Origin: a virus
Taxonomy: Duplodnaviria; Caudoviricetes
Length of the DNA stretch: 64,000 nucleotides
Reading direction: 5' to 3' (one strand)
Virus record (IMG/VR): IMGVR_UViG_2824993554_000003
Coordinates: 1-64,000 of that record
In this document: piece by piece, positions 27,530-36,790 of the stretch
How the letters are laid out: every line of letters starts with the position of its first letter
Position numbering within the stretch: position 1 is the first letter of the stretch
Notes under the pieces: model-generated
What the model was told of the DNA's origin: nothing
Databases searched by the model: none
Seen by the model: the letters and a program-made list of their open reading frames with translations, nothing else
Position numbers and translations under genes: made by a program

Positions 27530-28860
27530 TGGGGCTGTTGTCTGCCATTCTCGGCGGTGGGCTCCGCGCTTCGGATGACGAGGCTTCGGACCCTTTGTAT
27601 CTCGACGATTCGGCCGATCGTTGGTTCGATGGTGACCTCTCGCGAACGAGCAATGCCGGACGGCGGGTGTCGGTCGATGGGTCGCTGCGTGTTTCGGCCG
27701 CCTATGCCTGCATCGCGCTGCTGTCGAAGACGGTGGCGACCCTTCCCTTGCGAATGTATCGCAAGGATCCGGCGACCCGGAAGCGGTTCGAAGCGCCGGA
27801 ACATCCGTTGAACGAGCTGCTCGAGCATCAGCCAAATCCATGGCAATCGGCTTGGGACTTCAAGGCGATGCTGATGGGTCACCTGGCGCTCAGAGGCAAT
27901 GGATATGCCGAGATCATCGCCGGCCCCCGCGGTTTTGCCGACCGGCTGGAGCCCATCCATCCCGATCGCGTCATCGCCGAGCGGATGCCGGATTATTCGA
28001 TCCGTTATATCGTGTCCGACCCGATGAAAGGAACGCGCGTCCTGCTGCAGGATGAGATGTTTCACCTGCGCAGCCATATGGCTCCTGGCGGCATAGTCGG
28101 CATCAGCCCGATCTCCTATGCCAGGGAAACAATCGGGCTCGCGCTTGCCGCCGAAGAGCACGGCGCCCGGATGTTCTCCGGTGGTGCGCGGCCCTCTGGT
28201 GTCGTCACACTCGATGGGGAGATGAGCGACGCGGCCTTTGATCGGTTCAAAACGCAGTTTAACGAAGCTTATGTCGGCCTCGGAAACGTCGGCAAGACAC
28301 CCATCCTCGAGCAGGGCGCCAAGTTCAACTCGATCAGCATGAACGCCGAAGAATCCCAGTTCATCCAGAGCCGGGAGTTCTCGATCGAGGAGATCGCGCG
28401 CTGGTTCGACGTGCCTCTGGTGCTTCTGCATCACATGACCAAGACCAGCTCCTGGGGCACCGGCGTCGAAGCGATCATGCTGGCCTTCGTCCGCAACAAT
28501 CTCATGCCCTGGCTCGGCTGCTGGACGTCGGCCATTCGTCGCGACCTCATTCTCGCGCCGAACCTCTATGAGGCGGAATTCGACGTCGAGCCGCTGATCA
28601 AGGGCGATTCGCGGGCACTTGCGGATTTCTATTCCCGTCTGGTGCTGAACGGCATCCTGACGCGCAACGAAGCCCGCGAAGCGCTGGGATATAACCCGCT
28701 TGCAGGTTTGGACGATCCGCTCGTTCCGACCAATACGACCACTCCCGACAATATGCCGGTCAATAATTCGGCAGGCCCAACGGAGGCGCAGATCGGCCAC
28801 AACGGCGGTCCGGCCCTCGACGATCAAGACGTATTATCGGAGCAAAGCAATGACGACTAG
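27529..28860 (+). CDS. HK97-family portal protein
   Basis: AYACI..VATLPL, LRGNGYA, EIARWFDVP, TRNEAR. Confidence 0.95.
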   Translation: MGLLSAILGGGLRASDDEASDPLYLDDSADRWFDGDLSRTSNAGRRVSVDGSLRVSAAYACIALLSKTVATLPLRMYRKDPATRKRFEAPEHPLNELLEHQPNPWQSAWDFKAMLMGHLALRGNGYAEIIAGPRGFADRLEPIHPDRVIAERMPDYSIRYIVSDPMKGTRVLLQDEMFHLRSHMAPGGIVGISPISYARETIGLALAAEEHGARMFSGGARPSGVVTLDGEMSDAAFDRFKTQFNEAYVGLGNVGKTPILEQGAKFNSISMNAEESQFIQSREFSIEEIARWFDVPLVLLHHMTKTSSWGTGVEAIMLAFVRNNLMPWLGCWTSAIRRDLILAPNLYEAEFDVEPLIKGDSRALADFYSRLVLNGILTRNEAREALGYNPLAGLDDPLVPTNTTTPDNMPVNNSAGPTEAQIGHNGGPALDDQDVLSEQSNDD

Positions 28861-29971
28861 GTTTCCGCATCTTCGTGCAGCGATCATGCAGCAGCCGTGG
28901 GCCATCATGCCGGAGCGGCTCGAAGCGATTGCCGAGGTGATCGAGCGGCGCGTCGAAGGCATACGACTGTCGCCTGAGGAAATCGCCGGCATCAAGGGTG
29001 AGCGCCAGCCAAACGGCGTCGCGTCCTATTTCGATGCCAGTACCGGGCAGCCCATGGATATTGCCGCGGCTGCACCTGGTGGATCCGCCGGTGCCAGCGT
29101 CATCGCCGTCATCTCTTTCTTCGGGATTGTCGCCCAGCACGCATCGCAGGTTGATGATATCAGCGGACCCGGCGGCACCTCGACCGAGCGCGTCGCCAAC
29201 AGCTACCGCGCGGCGAAGAGCGACCCGTCGGTCAAGGCGATCGTCATCAATTTCGACAGCCCAGGCGGCAACGTCAACGGCGTCCAGGTGTTGGCGGACG
29301 AGATCTTCAATGGCCGGGGCGATAAGCCCGTCATCGCCCAGGTAAACAGCCTCTGCGCCTCGGCTGCCTATTGGGTTGCCGCTTCGTGCGACGAGATCGT
29401 CATGACGCCCGGCGCGATGGCAGGTTCGATCGGCGTGTATTCGCTTCACCAGGATGTTTCAAAGGCCGTTGATGCCGCTGGCCTGAAATTCACCTTCATC
29501 TCGGCCGGCAAGTACAAGGTCGAGGGGAATGCTTTCGAGCCTCTTTCGGACGAAGCGGCGCAGGCTGCCCAGTCGAACGTCGATGCCTTCTATGGCGATT
29601 TTGTTTCGGCCGTTGCTCGCGGCCGTGGCGTCTCTGCCGATGACGTCATCTCCGGCTTTGGCGAAGGCCGCGTCGTGAAGGACAAGCAGGCCGTGAAGGC
29701 TGGCATGGCAGACCGTGTCGACACCCTTGACGGCACGATCCGTCGGCTCTCTTCGGCCAAGAAGACGGCGTCCGCCAAGGCGGCCGCGCTGGACCTGGTC
29801 GAGATCCAAGGCGAGCAGCAGGAAACCTCTGGTGCTGACGCGCAAACCGATATCGGTGCCTCAGAGGAGGGCGCCCGCGCAGTTGAGGAGGATATCCCGT
29901 CTCTGTCGGCATCCGAAAGCGACGCCTTCCGCCGCCGCCGTCACGCCCATCGCCTCAGATCCGCTCAGTAA
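28850..29971 (+). CDS. S49-family prohead protease
   Basis: DSPGG, CASAAYWVAA, GSIGV, AGKYK. Confidence 0.93.
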   Translation: MTTRFPHLRAAIMQQPWAIMPERLEAIAEVIERRVEGIRLSPEEIAGIKGERQPNGVASYFDASTGQPMDIAAAAPGGSAGASVIAVISFFGIVAQHASQVDDISGPGGTSTERVANSYRAAKSDPSVKAIVINFDSPGGNVNGVQVLADEIFNGRGDKPVIAQVNSLCASAAYWVAASCDEIVMTPGAMAGSIGVYSLHQDVSKAVDAAGLKFTFISAGKYKVEGNAFEPLSDEAAQAAQSNVDAFYGDFVSAVARGRGVSADDVISGFGEGRVVKDKQAVKAGMADRVDTLDGTIRRLSSAKKTASAKAAALDLVEIQGEQQETSGADAQTDIGASEEGARAVEEDIPSLSASESDAFRRRRHAHRLRSAQ

Positions 29972-30074
29972 CGAGCGTCAGCCCCGAAAATCTTTAGCGC
30001 CCCACGCCCCGCCGGGACGTGGGCAGAATTCCGCGCCCATCCTCCCGGCACCACCAAACTTTGGAGCTATAGAC

Positions 30075-31412
30075 ATGACTATCAAGGCATTCCGCCAGCG
30101 TCGCGCCGATCTCGTCCGCGAAGCCCAGGCGATCTTCGATCTCGCGGCAAAGGAAGACCGTAACCTCACGGCCGCCGAAAACACGCGTGACGACGCAATC
30201 ACCGCTGAACTCATCGAACTCGACGCCAATATCGAACGCGCCGAGCGGCAAATGGAACGCCAGCGCTCCGTCGGTGGCGCCCAGGACGGCAATGAGGCTG
30301 CCGATCGCCGCGGCAACGGCCGCGACGACGTCGCTCGCTTCGCTTCGCTTGGCGAGCAAATGATGGCGGTCGCGCGGGCAGACCATCCTTCTTATCGCTC
30401 GATTGATCCGCGCCTTATCGCTGCTCCCTCGGCCGGTCCGACCGGCATGTCGGAAGGCATTGCCGCCGACGGTGGATTCCTCGTCCAGACTGATTTTGCG
30501 AACGATCTTCTGCAAAACACCTATGAAGCAGGCGAGATTGCCAGCCGCGTCAACCGCATCCCGATCGGCGCTAATTTCAGCGGCATCCGCATGAACGGCG
30601 TCGATGAGACGAGCCGTGCGAACGGCTCTCGCTGGGGCGGCGTGCAAGCGTTCTGGACCGGTGAAGCGCAGCTGAAGACGGCTTCCCGTCCGAAGTTCCG
30701 CCAGATCAAGATGGATCTCGATAAGCTCACCGGGCTCTGCTATGCAACCGACGAGCTGCTGCAGGACAGCACCGCTCTTGCTGCGTGGCTCTACCAGGCG
30801 TTCTCCGACGAGTTCCTGTTCAAGATCGAAGACGCGATCGTAAACGGCTCTGGCGCGGGCATGCCGCTCGGCTTCCTCAACAGTGGCGCGGTCATTACCG
30901 TTCCGAAGGAGACCGGCCAGATCGCCGGGAGCATCGTTGCGGAGAACGTGCTGAATATGTGGGCGCGTATGCCAGCCCGCTCGCGCAAGAACGCTGTCTG
31001 GGTGGTCAATCAGGACGTAGAGCCGCAGCTCTATCAGTTCAACATCAAGATCAAGAATGTCGCCGGAACCGAAAACGTCGGTGGCATCGCGGCGCCGCAG
31101 ATCATGTTCACGCCGGCCGGCCAGGGCGGCAACCAGTATGCGACGCTGATGGGCCGTCCCGTTATCCCCGTCGAGTATGCAGCAACACTCGGAACCGCCG
31201 GCGACATCATGCTGGTCGATCTCTCGCAGTACCTGGCGATCGACAAGGGGCCGATGGAATCCGCATCGTCCATCCACGTGCGGTTCATCTATGACGAGAC
31301 CTGCTTCCGCTTCGTCTATCGCTTCAACGGTCAGCCGATCTGGTCCGTTCCGATGACGCCCTACAAGGGTACGAAGACGCAGAGCCCGTTCATCGCGCTG
31401 CAAACGCGCTGA
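30075..31412 (+). CDS. Major capsid protein (HK97 fold)
   Basis: Coiled-coil delta domain, DGGFLV, ELLQDS, NGSGAGMPLG, TLMGRPV. Confidence 0.95.
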   Translation: MTIKAFRQRRADLVREAQAIFDLAAKEDRNLTAAENTRDDAITAELIELDANIERAERQMERQRSVGGAQDGNEAADRRGNGRDDVARFASLGEQMMAVARADHPSYRSIDPRLIAAPSAGPTGMSEGIAADGGFLVQTDFANDLLQNTYEAGEIASRVNRIPIGANFSGIRMNGVDETSRANGSRWGGVQAFWTGEAQLKTASRPKFRQIKMDLDKLTGLCYATDELLQDSTALAAWLYQAFSDEFLFKIEDAIVNGSGAGMPLGFLNSGAVITVPKETGQIAGSIVAENVLNMWARMPARSRKNAVWVVNQDVEPQLYQFNIKIKNVAGTENVGGIAAPQIMFTPAGQGGNQYATLMGRPVIPVEYAATLGTAGDIMLVDLSQYLAIDKGPMESASSIHVRFIYDETCFRFVYRFNGQPIWSVPMTPYKGTKTQSPFIALQTR

Positions 31413-31480
31413 TCCTGACCACGTTGGAGCGGCCCCTAGGCCGCTTCCTCCCATCCACCATTTTTGAAGGATAACGCGAA

Positions 31481-31966
31481 ATGACTCGCTTGACGCTTCC
31501 CCAGCAGCTGAAGATCGTCGAGGGCATCGCTCCTGCTGCAGACGCAGCCGGCCGCAGCTCCGACATCATCTCCCTGAAAAACGCGGGTAAGGCTTACATC
31601 CTCGTCTCACTGACGCAGGGCAACGCCGCTACCGTGGCTCTGACCCCGATGCAGGCGCAGGACGTCGCCGGTACCGGCGCCAAGGTTCTGGCCAATGCCG
31701 TGCCGATCTGGTCGAACCTCGACACGGCAACCTCCGACACCCTGGTTCGCCGAACCGATGCCGTCAACTACACGACGGATGCGGCTCTCAAGAACAAGCA
31801 GGTCGTCTTCGAGATCGACCCGGCGCTGCTCGATATCAACAACGGTTTCGACTGCATCTATTTCACCACGGGTGCGTCGAATGCGGCAAATATCACGGCG
31901 GCAGTCTTTCTGCTGACGGACCTTCGCTATGGGCAGGAAACGCCGCCGAGCGCGATCGCAGATTGA
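31481..31966 (+). CDS. Probable head decoration protein
   Basis: Position after the capsid gene, beta-rich composition. Confidence 0.65.
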   Translation: MTRLTLPQQLKIVEGIAPAADAAGRSSDIISLKNAGKAYILVSLTQGNAATVALTPMQAQDVAGTGAKVLANAVPIWSNLDTATSDTLVRRTDAVNYTTDAALKNKQVVFEIDPALLDINNGFDCIYFTTGASNAANITAAVFLLTDLRYGQETPPSAIAD

Positions 31967-32036
31967 TCTTTGACGTGATAGCCGCCGGGCTTCGGCCCGG
32001 CGGAGATCTCCGATCGACACATTTCAGGGGTTACCC

Positions 32037-32672
32037 ATGTTTGTCAGACAGCTGATCGGCCGAGAGGCCGGAAACATCATCAATATGCCGTATGACGCCG
32101 CTCAGTCGTGCCTGGCAATGGGAACGGTCGCGGCGGTCACGGACGAAGAAATCGCCGATGCCGGACTGCAAGCGCCCGAACCGGTCGTCGCCAACCGACC
32201 CGATGAACTGCCGCGCGGCTTCCGCGTCGAGGTGATCCCCAGCGGGGGATACGATCTCTTCGACCCCGGCGGAGTCAACATCAGCAAAGATGTCGATCTT
32301 CCGAATCTGATCGCGGCCAGGGATCTTGCCTGGAGCGTCATTCATCCTGTGGATGTTGCTCCCGATACTGAGGCCCTCGAGGCGCTGAAGAAAGACAAAC
32401 TGCAGGAGATCGCCAACACGGCGGGTCTCGATATTCCAAGCAATGCCAAGAAGGGGGATATCATCGCAGCGCTGGTTGCCGCCGGCATCACCGCGCCTCC
32501 GGTCGCCGAGGATGAGGATTCCGAGGATGGCGAGGATGGCGAGGGCGGTGAGGGCGGTGAAGGCGAAGGCCAGCCCGATAACGTCCCTGGTGAAAACGAT
32601 GCTCCGGCTGAAGGCGGCGGTGACGGCTCCGATGGCGCCGCTGGCGGCGAAGGCGACGGGCAGGCGGAATAA
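32037..32672 (+). CDS. Head-region protein with Rho-N/HeH-like motif and acidic tail
   Basis: LKKDKLQEIA..GLDI...AKKGDIIAAL. Confidence 0.65.
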   Translation: MFVRQLIGREAGNIINMPYDAAQSCLAMGTVAAVTDEEIADAGLQAPEPVVANRPDELPRGFRVEVIPSGGYDLFDPGGVNISKDVDLPNLIAARDLAWSVIHPVDVAPDTEALEALKKDKLQEIANTAGLDIPSNAKKGDIIAALVAAGITAPPVAEDEDSEDGEDGEGGEGGEGEGQPDNVPGENDAPAEGGGDGSDGAAGGEGDGQAE

Positions 32673-32674
32673 GC

Positions 32675-33340
32675 ATGATCCGGCATCCGATGCGAAGCAC
32701 GCTCGTCGTCACGACGAAGGCCACAGACCTGGCGCTCCTGACCGAGGCGGAGCGCCGGGAGGCTGCTGGGCTGGCCGCGGATGATACGAGCAAGGACACC
32801 GCTCTGGAGGCCCTTGACCAGCGTATTGCCGCGGCGATCATGTCGGAATGCAATATTGCCATCGGAAGCGGCGCAGAGCCGACGTTATGGAAGGAAACTC
32901 TGACAGAGACCTTCTACAGCGTCCATCTCGATCGTCTGGTGCTGGCTCGTCGTCACAATGTCGTCATCACCAGCCTGACCGATAGTGACACCGCTCTGCT
33001 GGATTCGGATTATATCGTTGATCCGGAGGCGGGGATCATCACGCGCATGCGGTCCAGTTGCCCCTCGTCCTGGCGAGCCGCCAAAATTGTCGCGGTCTAT
33101 ACGGCTGGTTTCGAGGCTATCCCTGCAGACCTGAAGTTCGCCGCTATGGATTTCTTTCGATCCGAGTGGCTTGCGAGGTCGCGCGATCCTCTCGTGAAGC
33201 GCGTGCAGACTGACGTTTTCGAAGTCGAGAGCACGACTACGGATTATTGGGTCGGCTCTGTACCAGGGCAAGCGAGAGAAGGCGCTGTTCCGGATATGGT
33301 GGCAGGCCAATTAAAGCGGTTCCGGAACGTGCGGGTTTAA
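32675..33340 (+). CDS. Head-tail adaptor
   Basis: YTAGFEAIPADLK; position. Confidence 0.75.
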   Translation: MIRHPMRSTLVVTTKATDLALLTEAERREAAGLAADDTSKDTALEALDQRIAAAIMSECNIAIGSGAEPTLWKETLTETFYSVHLDRLVLARRHNVVITSLTDSDTALLDSDYIVDPEAGIITRMRSSCPSSWRAAKIVAVYTAGFEAIPADLKFAAMDFFRSEWLARSRDPLVKRVQTDVFEVESTTTDYWVGSVPGQAREGAVPDMVAGQLKRFRNVRV

Positions 33341-33341
33341 T

Positions 33342-33716
33342 ATGCTGTCTCCGGAGCAGATCATAGCAGATCTCGATGCCGCGCTGAGGGATTCCGGCGA
33401 GGATGTTATCCTGCGCAGAAAATCAAATGCGGGAAACGCAGACGTTGACTGCCGCGCACGCGTTCGGGGCGTCAACGCGCAAAGGGTGGTTGGTACGATC
33501 ACCCAGAACGATTTGAGCGTCGTCATTTCGCCGACCGAAATCCTTGCCGCCGGCTGGCCAGGCGGTTCCCCACCTGCTCCAGGAGCTGTCGATCCTCGAT
33601 TGCCGCGGGCCAACGACTTCATGGTGGTGAAAGGCAAGGAACGGCAGGTGAAGTTTTCCGATCCGATCTATGTCGGCGGGAAATGGGTTCGCTGTAACCT
33701 GATCGTGGCCGGCTGA
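33342..33716 (+). CDS. Head closure protein (probable)
   Basis: Position and size. Confidence 0.65.
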   Translation: MLSPEQIIADLDAALRDSGEDVILRRKSNAGNADVDCRARVRGVNAQRVVGTITQNDLSVVISPTEILAAGWPGGSPPAPGAVDPRLPRANDFMVVKGKERQVKFSDPIYVGGKWVRCNLIVAG

Positions 33717-34363
33717 TGGCTGGTGTTGATTTCTTCGATCGCGAGCTGAAGCTGGCGACGGCGGATCTGGAGCCGGCGGCGATCAATGCAATGCTCGCGA
33801 GATTTGCCAAGGAAAGCGTGCGGGAGGTGATCTCCGGCGGGCGGGCGAGCGGGACCTATGAGCGCTATGTGAACGGCCGGCAGGGTGCGCCTGAAGAGAC
33901 TGTCCAGGCGCCGGGACCGATCATTTATGAATTCTCCCTCTGGGAGCCTATCATCACCTTCGCGCTCGATGAGCTGCGCCGCCGATCGCCGGTCAAAAGT
34001 GGACGGTTCCGCGGCAGCTTCATCGTGCTGGCGAACCAGCGCGAAGTGATCGACTACAATACCATCGGCCCTGATGCCGAGGTCATCATCACCAACTTCC
34101 AGCCCTATGTCCGCAAGGCGGAGAACGGGCTGCTCGGCGCAAAGCGCTATTCGATCTTCGACGGAACGAAGCGGGCGCTCGCCTCTCGTTTCGGCAATGA
34201 GGGGCGCAATTCGGCGGCATTCGTTTTCGAGACGCGGTGGCTTGACGTCGGGGCAGGGGTGCATCCGGGGATGCCTTATGTCCTCAAGCGCGCAGGGCGG
34301 CGAAAGGATCGGCAGGCCGGCATGCGGATCACCTATCCCGCCGTCGTGATCAATCAGGTGTAG
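33716..34363 (+). CDS. Neck/tail completion protein (HK97 gp10-like)
   Basis: SPVKSGRFRGS, NFQPYVRKAE. Confidence 0.7.
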   Translation: MAGVDFFDRELKLATADLEPAAINAMLARFAKESVREVISGGRASGTYERYVNGRQGAPEETVQAPGPIIYEFSLWEPIITFALDELRRRSPVKSGRFRGSFIVLANQREVIDYNTIGPDAEVIITNFQPYVRKAENGLLGAKRYSIFDGTKRALASRFGNEGRNSAAFVFETRWLDVGAGVHPGMPYVLKRAGRRKDRQAGMRITYPAVVINQV

Positions 34364-34368
34364 GATTC

Positions 34369-34815
34369 ATGGCATCCGTCGAAGTCTATGACGCATTCGA
34401 ACTGCGGCTGCGCGACGCCTGGACGGCGACGGCTCTCGTTTTCGAGAACGAATTCGCGCAGGAACTGATCGATGCGGGCCTGCCGTTCGTTTATGTCGAG
34501 ATCGTCGGCGACGTGCTCGACCAGGAGACTTTCGGCGCTCCGCAGGCCAATCAGTGGCTGGAGCGCGGGGCGACATATCTGCATGTCATGACGGCGTCGG
34601 GCGAGGGTAGTCGCCAGGCGCGCAACTGGGCGAAGGCTTTGACGAACTTGTTTCGCGAGCAGCCGATTGTCGTCGACGCGGTCACCGGAGAGGCGCTGTT
34701 CATGCCGACCATGTCGCTCGGCGCCGGCGAGCCCGGGCGAGACTTCCCGAATTACTGGGCCTTCACCGCGACGATCGGCTGGTACCGGCGCGACTATACG
34801 AATTTGAGCCCCTGA
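34369..34815 (+). CDS. Tail terminator protein (probable)
   Basis: Position before the tail tube gene. Confidence 0.65.
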   Translation: MASVEVYDAFELRLRDAWTATALVFENEFAQELIDAGLPFVYVEIVGDVLDQETFGAPQANQWLERGATYLHVMTASGEGSRQARNWAKALTNLFREQPIVVDAVTGEALFMPTMSLGAGEPGRDFPNYWAFTATIGWYRRDYTNLSP

Positions 34816-34905
34816 CATTCCGGCTTTGCCGGTCGCCTTACCCGTGCCTTGGGCAAGCACGCCGCCAACGTCTGATGACGTGGCAAATCCGCTATGGAGC
34901 CTTCA

Positions 34906-35838
34906 ATGACGGTAGCTGACGGCAGTCAGGTGCGCCTTGCCGATGTCTCGGAAGTAACGATCGGCACGACGCCCGCAAGCCCTGTTTTCCAGATCATGCG
35001 TTACGTCTCATCCGACGTACGCATTTCGAAGCAGACGGATATCCCGAACGAGATCCGCGCCGACCGCAATGTGGCGTCGATCGTCGACGTCGGCCGGTCG
35101 GTGCAGGGGACGATCAACACATTCCTCTCCTACGGCACCTTTGACACCTGGCTTCAGCGCCTGCTCTGCTCGACCTGGGCGAGCGACGTGCTGAAGAACG
35201 GCATCCTGCAGCAGGCTGGCACGCTGGAATATTTCTACGAGCAGGGGGCCACCGATACCTTCGTGCGCTTCCAGGCGGTTCGCTTCAACACCCTGGCGCT
35301 GACGCTGAGGGCGCGCCAGTCGGTGCAGGCGAACTGGGGCATCATGGGCATCCGTTCTCCGACACCGACGAGCGCGATTCTGACCGGCGCCACCTATACG
35401 CCTGCGACGACGACGCCGGTGCTGAATGCCGGCCTCAACGTCTCCGCTCTCAGCTTCACCGGCCTCACCAATGCGCCGAAGGTGCAGGCGATGACGCTCA
35501 ATATCACCAACAACATCTACCAGAACGATGTTGTTGGTGCATACGAGCCATATTCGCACGGTCTCGGCCGCTTCGAGCTCACAGGCTCGCTGACCACATA
35601 TTTCGAGAACATGGACGCCTATGCCGCCATCCTCGATCACGACGATATCGGCATCTCGACCACGCTTCTCGACGAGCTCGGCAATTCCTACGCCATCGCA
35701 CTCGCCAAGACCAAATTCCTCGATGGCGGCCCTGTCGTCGGCGGAAACGGGCAGGCCGTAATGATCGAAATTCCGTTCCAGTCCTACTTCGACGCGACTG
35801 CGGCCGGTTCGATCACCATCACCCGCGATCCCGCTTAA
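34906..35838 (+). CDS. Major tail tube protein
   Basis: EVTIGTTPASP, EIRADR, GSLTTYF; position. Confidence 0.85.
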   Translation: MTVADGSQVRLADVSEVTIGTTPASPVFQIMRYVSSDVRISKQTDIPNEIRADRNVASIVDVGRSVQGTINTFLSYGTFDTWLQRLLCSTWASDVLKNGILQQAGTLEYFYEQGATDTFVRFQAVRFNTLALTLRARQSVQANWGIMGIRSPTPTSAILTGATYTPATTTPVLNAGLNVSALSFTGLTNAPKVQAMTLNITNNIYQNDVVGAYEPYSHGLGRFELTGSLTTYFENMDAYAAILDHDDIGISTTLLDELGNSYAIALAKTKFLDGGPVVGGNGQAVMIEIPFQSYFDATAAGSITITRDPA

Positions 35839-35944
35839 CCGAGATCGCCGGCGCTCCTCCCTGCGCCGGCGGTATGGGCGGCGGACGAATTCGGGGCCGT
35901 CCGCCGCTCGCCTTCCCCGAAGCCCCCGACCATGGAGTCCCGAT

Positions 35945-36388
35945 ATGTCTGTTGTGAAGCTTGCCTCGCTGAAGGCGGATCTGAAGCGCGAGGCCGAGGG
36001 CGACTGGGTTGCCTTCCCGGACTGGCCTGGTGTGGAGTTCAACGTCTCTTCACTGCATCTGCCGGCCTATCAGGCGGCGCGAGACGACCTGCTGATGCGT
36101 GTCGCGCGGCAGGCCAGCCAGGCAAAGCCGAAGCCAGGTGAGGCTGCGTCGGCCAAGCTGGACATGAAGGTGGAATTGGGAAAGCTCTATGCCGAGCACC
36201 TGCTGCACGGCTGGCGCGGTCTCGATGTCGACTACTCGCCGGAAAGGGCGAGGGACGTGCTGGGTGATCCGGAGTACCGCAATGTTGTCGCCGCGGTCGA
36301 GTGGTGCGCCGGCAAGATCTCCGAGGTCAATGTCGAGTTCGTCGAGGCCGAAGCAAAAAACTCCGCAAAGCCTTCCGCAGCCGCGTAA
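35945..36388 (+). CDS. Tail assembly chaperone (G-like)
   Basis: Between tail tube and tape measure genes; slippery site near the 3' end. Confidence 0.8.
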   Translation: MSVVKLASLKADLKREAEGDWVAFPDWPGVEFNVSSLHLPAYQAARDDLLMRVARQASQAKPKPGEAASAKLDMKVELGKLYAEHLLHGWRGLDVDYSPERARDVLGDPEYRNVVAAVEWCAGKISEVNVEFVEAEAKNSAKPSAAA

Positions 36389-36759
36389 GCGGGCCGAAGG
36401 CTTCGTCTGAGATGCTCGAATGGCTTGAAGAGCTGTTCGAGCAGGAACCGGATAAGGAATGGCTGCGGCCGCGGCCGTCTGTCGAGCATGGCAACTTCGA
36501 GCCTCAGGCCTGGCATGCCATGTATTTCGAGGCGTTTGATTCCCTGCAATATGACCGGTTCTACGGTGCGATGGGCGGCGAGGGGCCGATCTACTATTCG
36601 GCCCTCAGTCAATATGCCCGCGATCACTCCATTGCAGGGGACCGGCTGAAGCGGTTCCACATCTTCATGAACGCGATCGACGGCGAGTGGCTGAAGATCC
36701 AGCGAGAGCGCGCAGAGGCCGCCGAGGCCGAGCGCAAGAGCAAGGAAGCGCGGCGATAG
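36355..36759 (+). CDS. -1 frameshift extension of the tail chaperone (GT-like)
   Basis: In-frame A AAA AAC at 36355..36361; -1 frame open to 36759. Confidence 0.75.
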   Translation, partial: KKLRKAFRSRVSGPKASSEMLEWLEELFEQEPDKEWLRPRPSVEHGNFEPQAWHAMYFEAFDSLQYDRFYGAMGGEGPIYYSALSQYARDHSIAGDRLKRFHIFMNAIDGEWLKIQRERAEAAEAERKSKEARR

Positions 36760-36790
36760 GGCCGCGCTGCCATTCCCAAAGAGGCTTCCC

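Noticed and set aside
27259-31454. Long minus-strand ORFs (522 and 486 aa)
   Set aside because: Antisense to portal and capsid genes; typical high-GC shadow frames.
32500-32670. GAGGATGGC/GAGGGCGGT short repeats
   Set aside because: Encode a low-complexity acidic Gly-rich tail; not an array.
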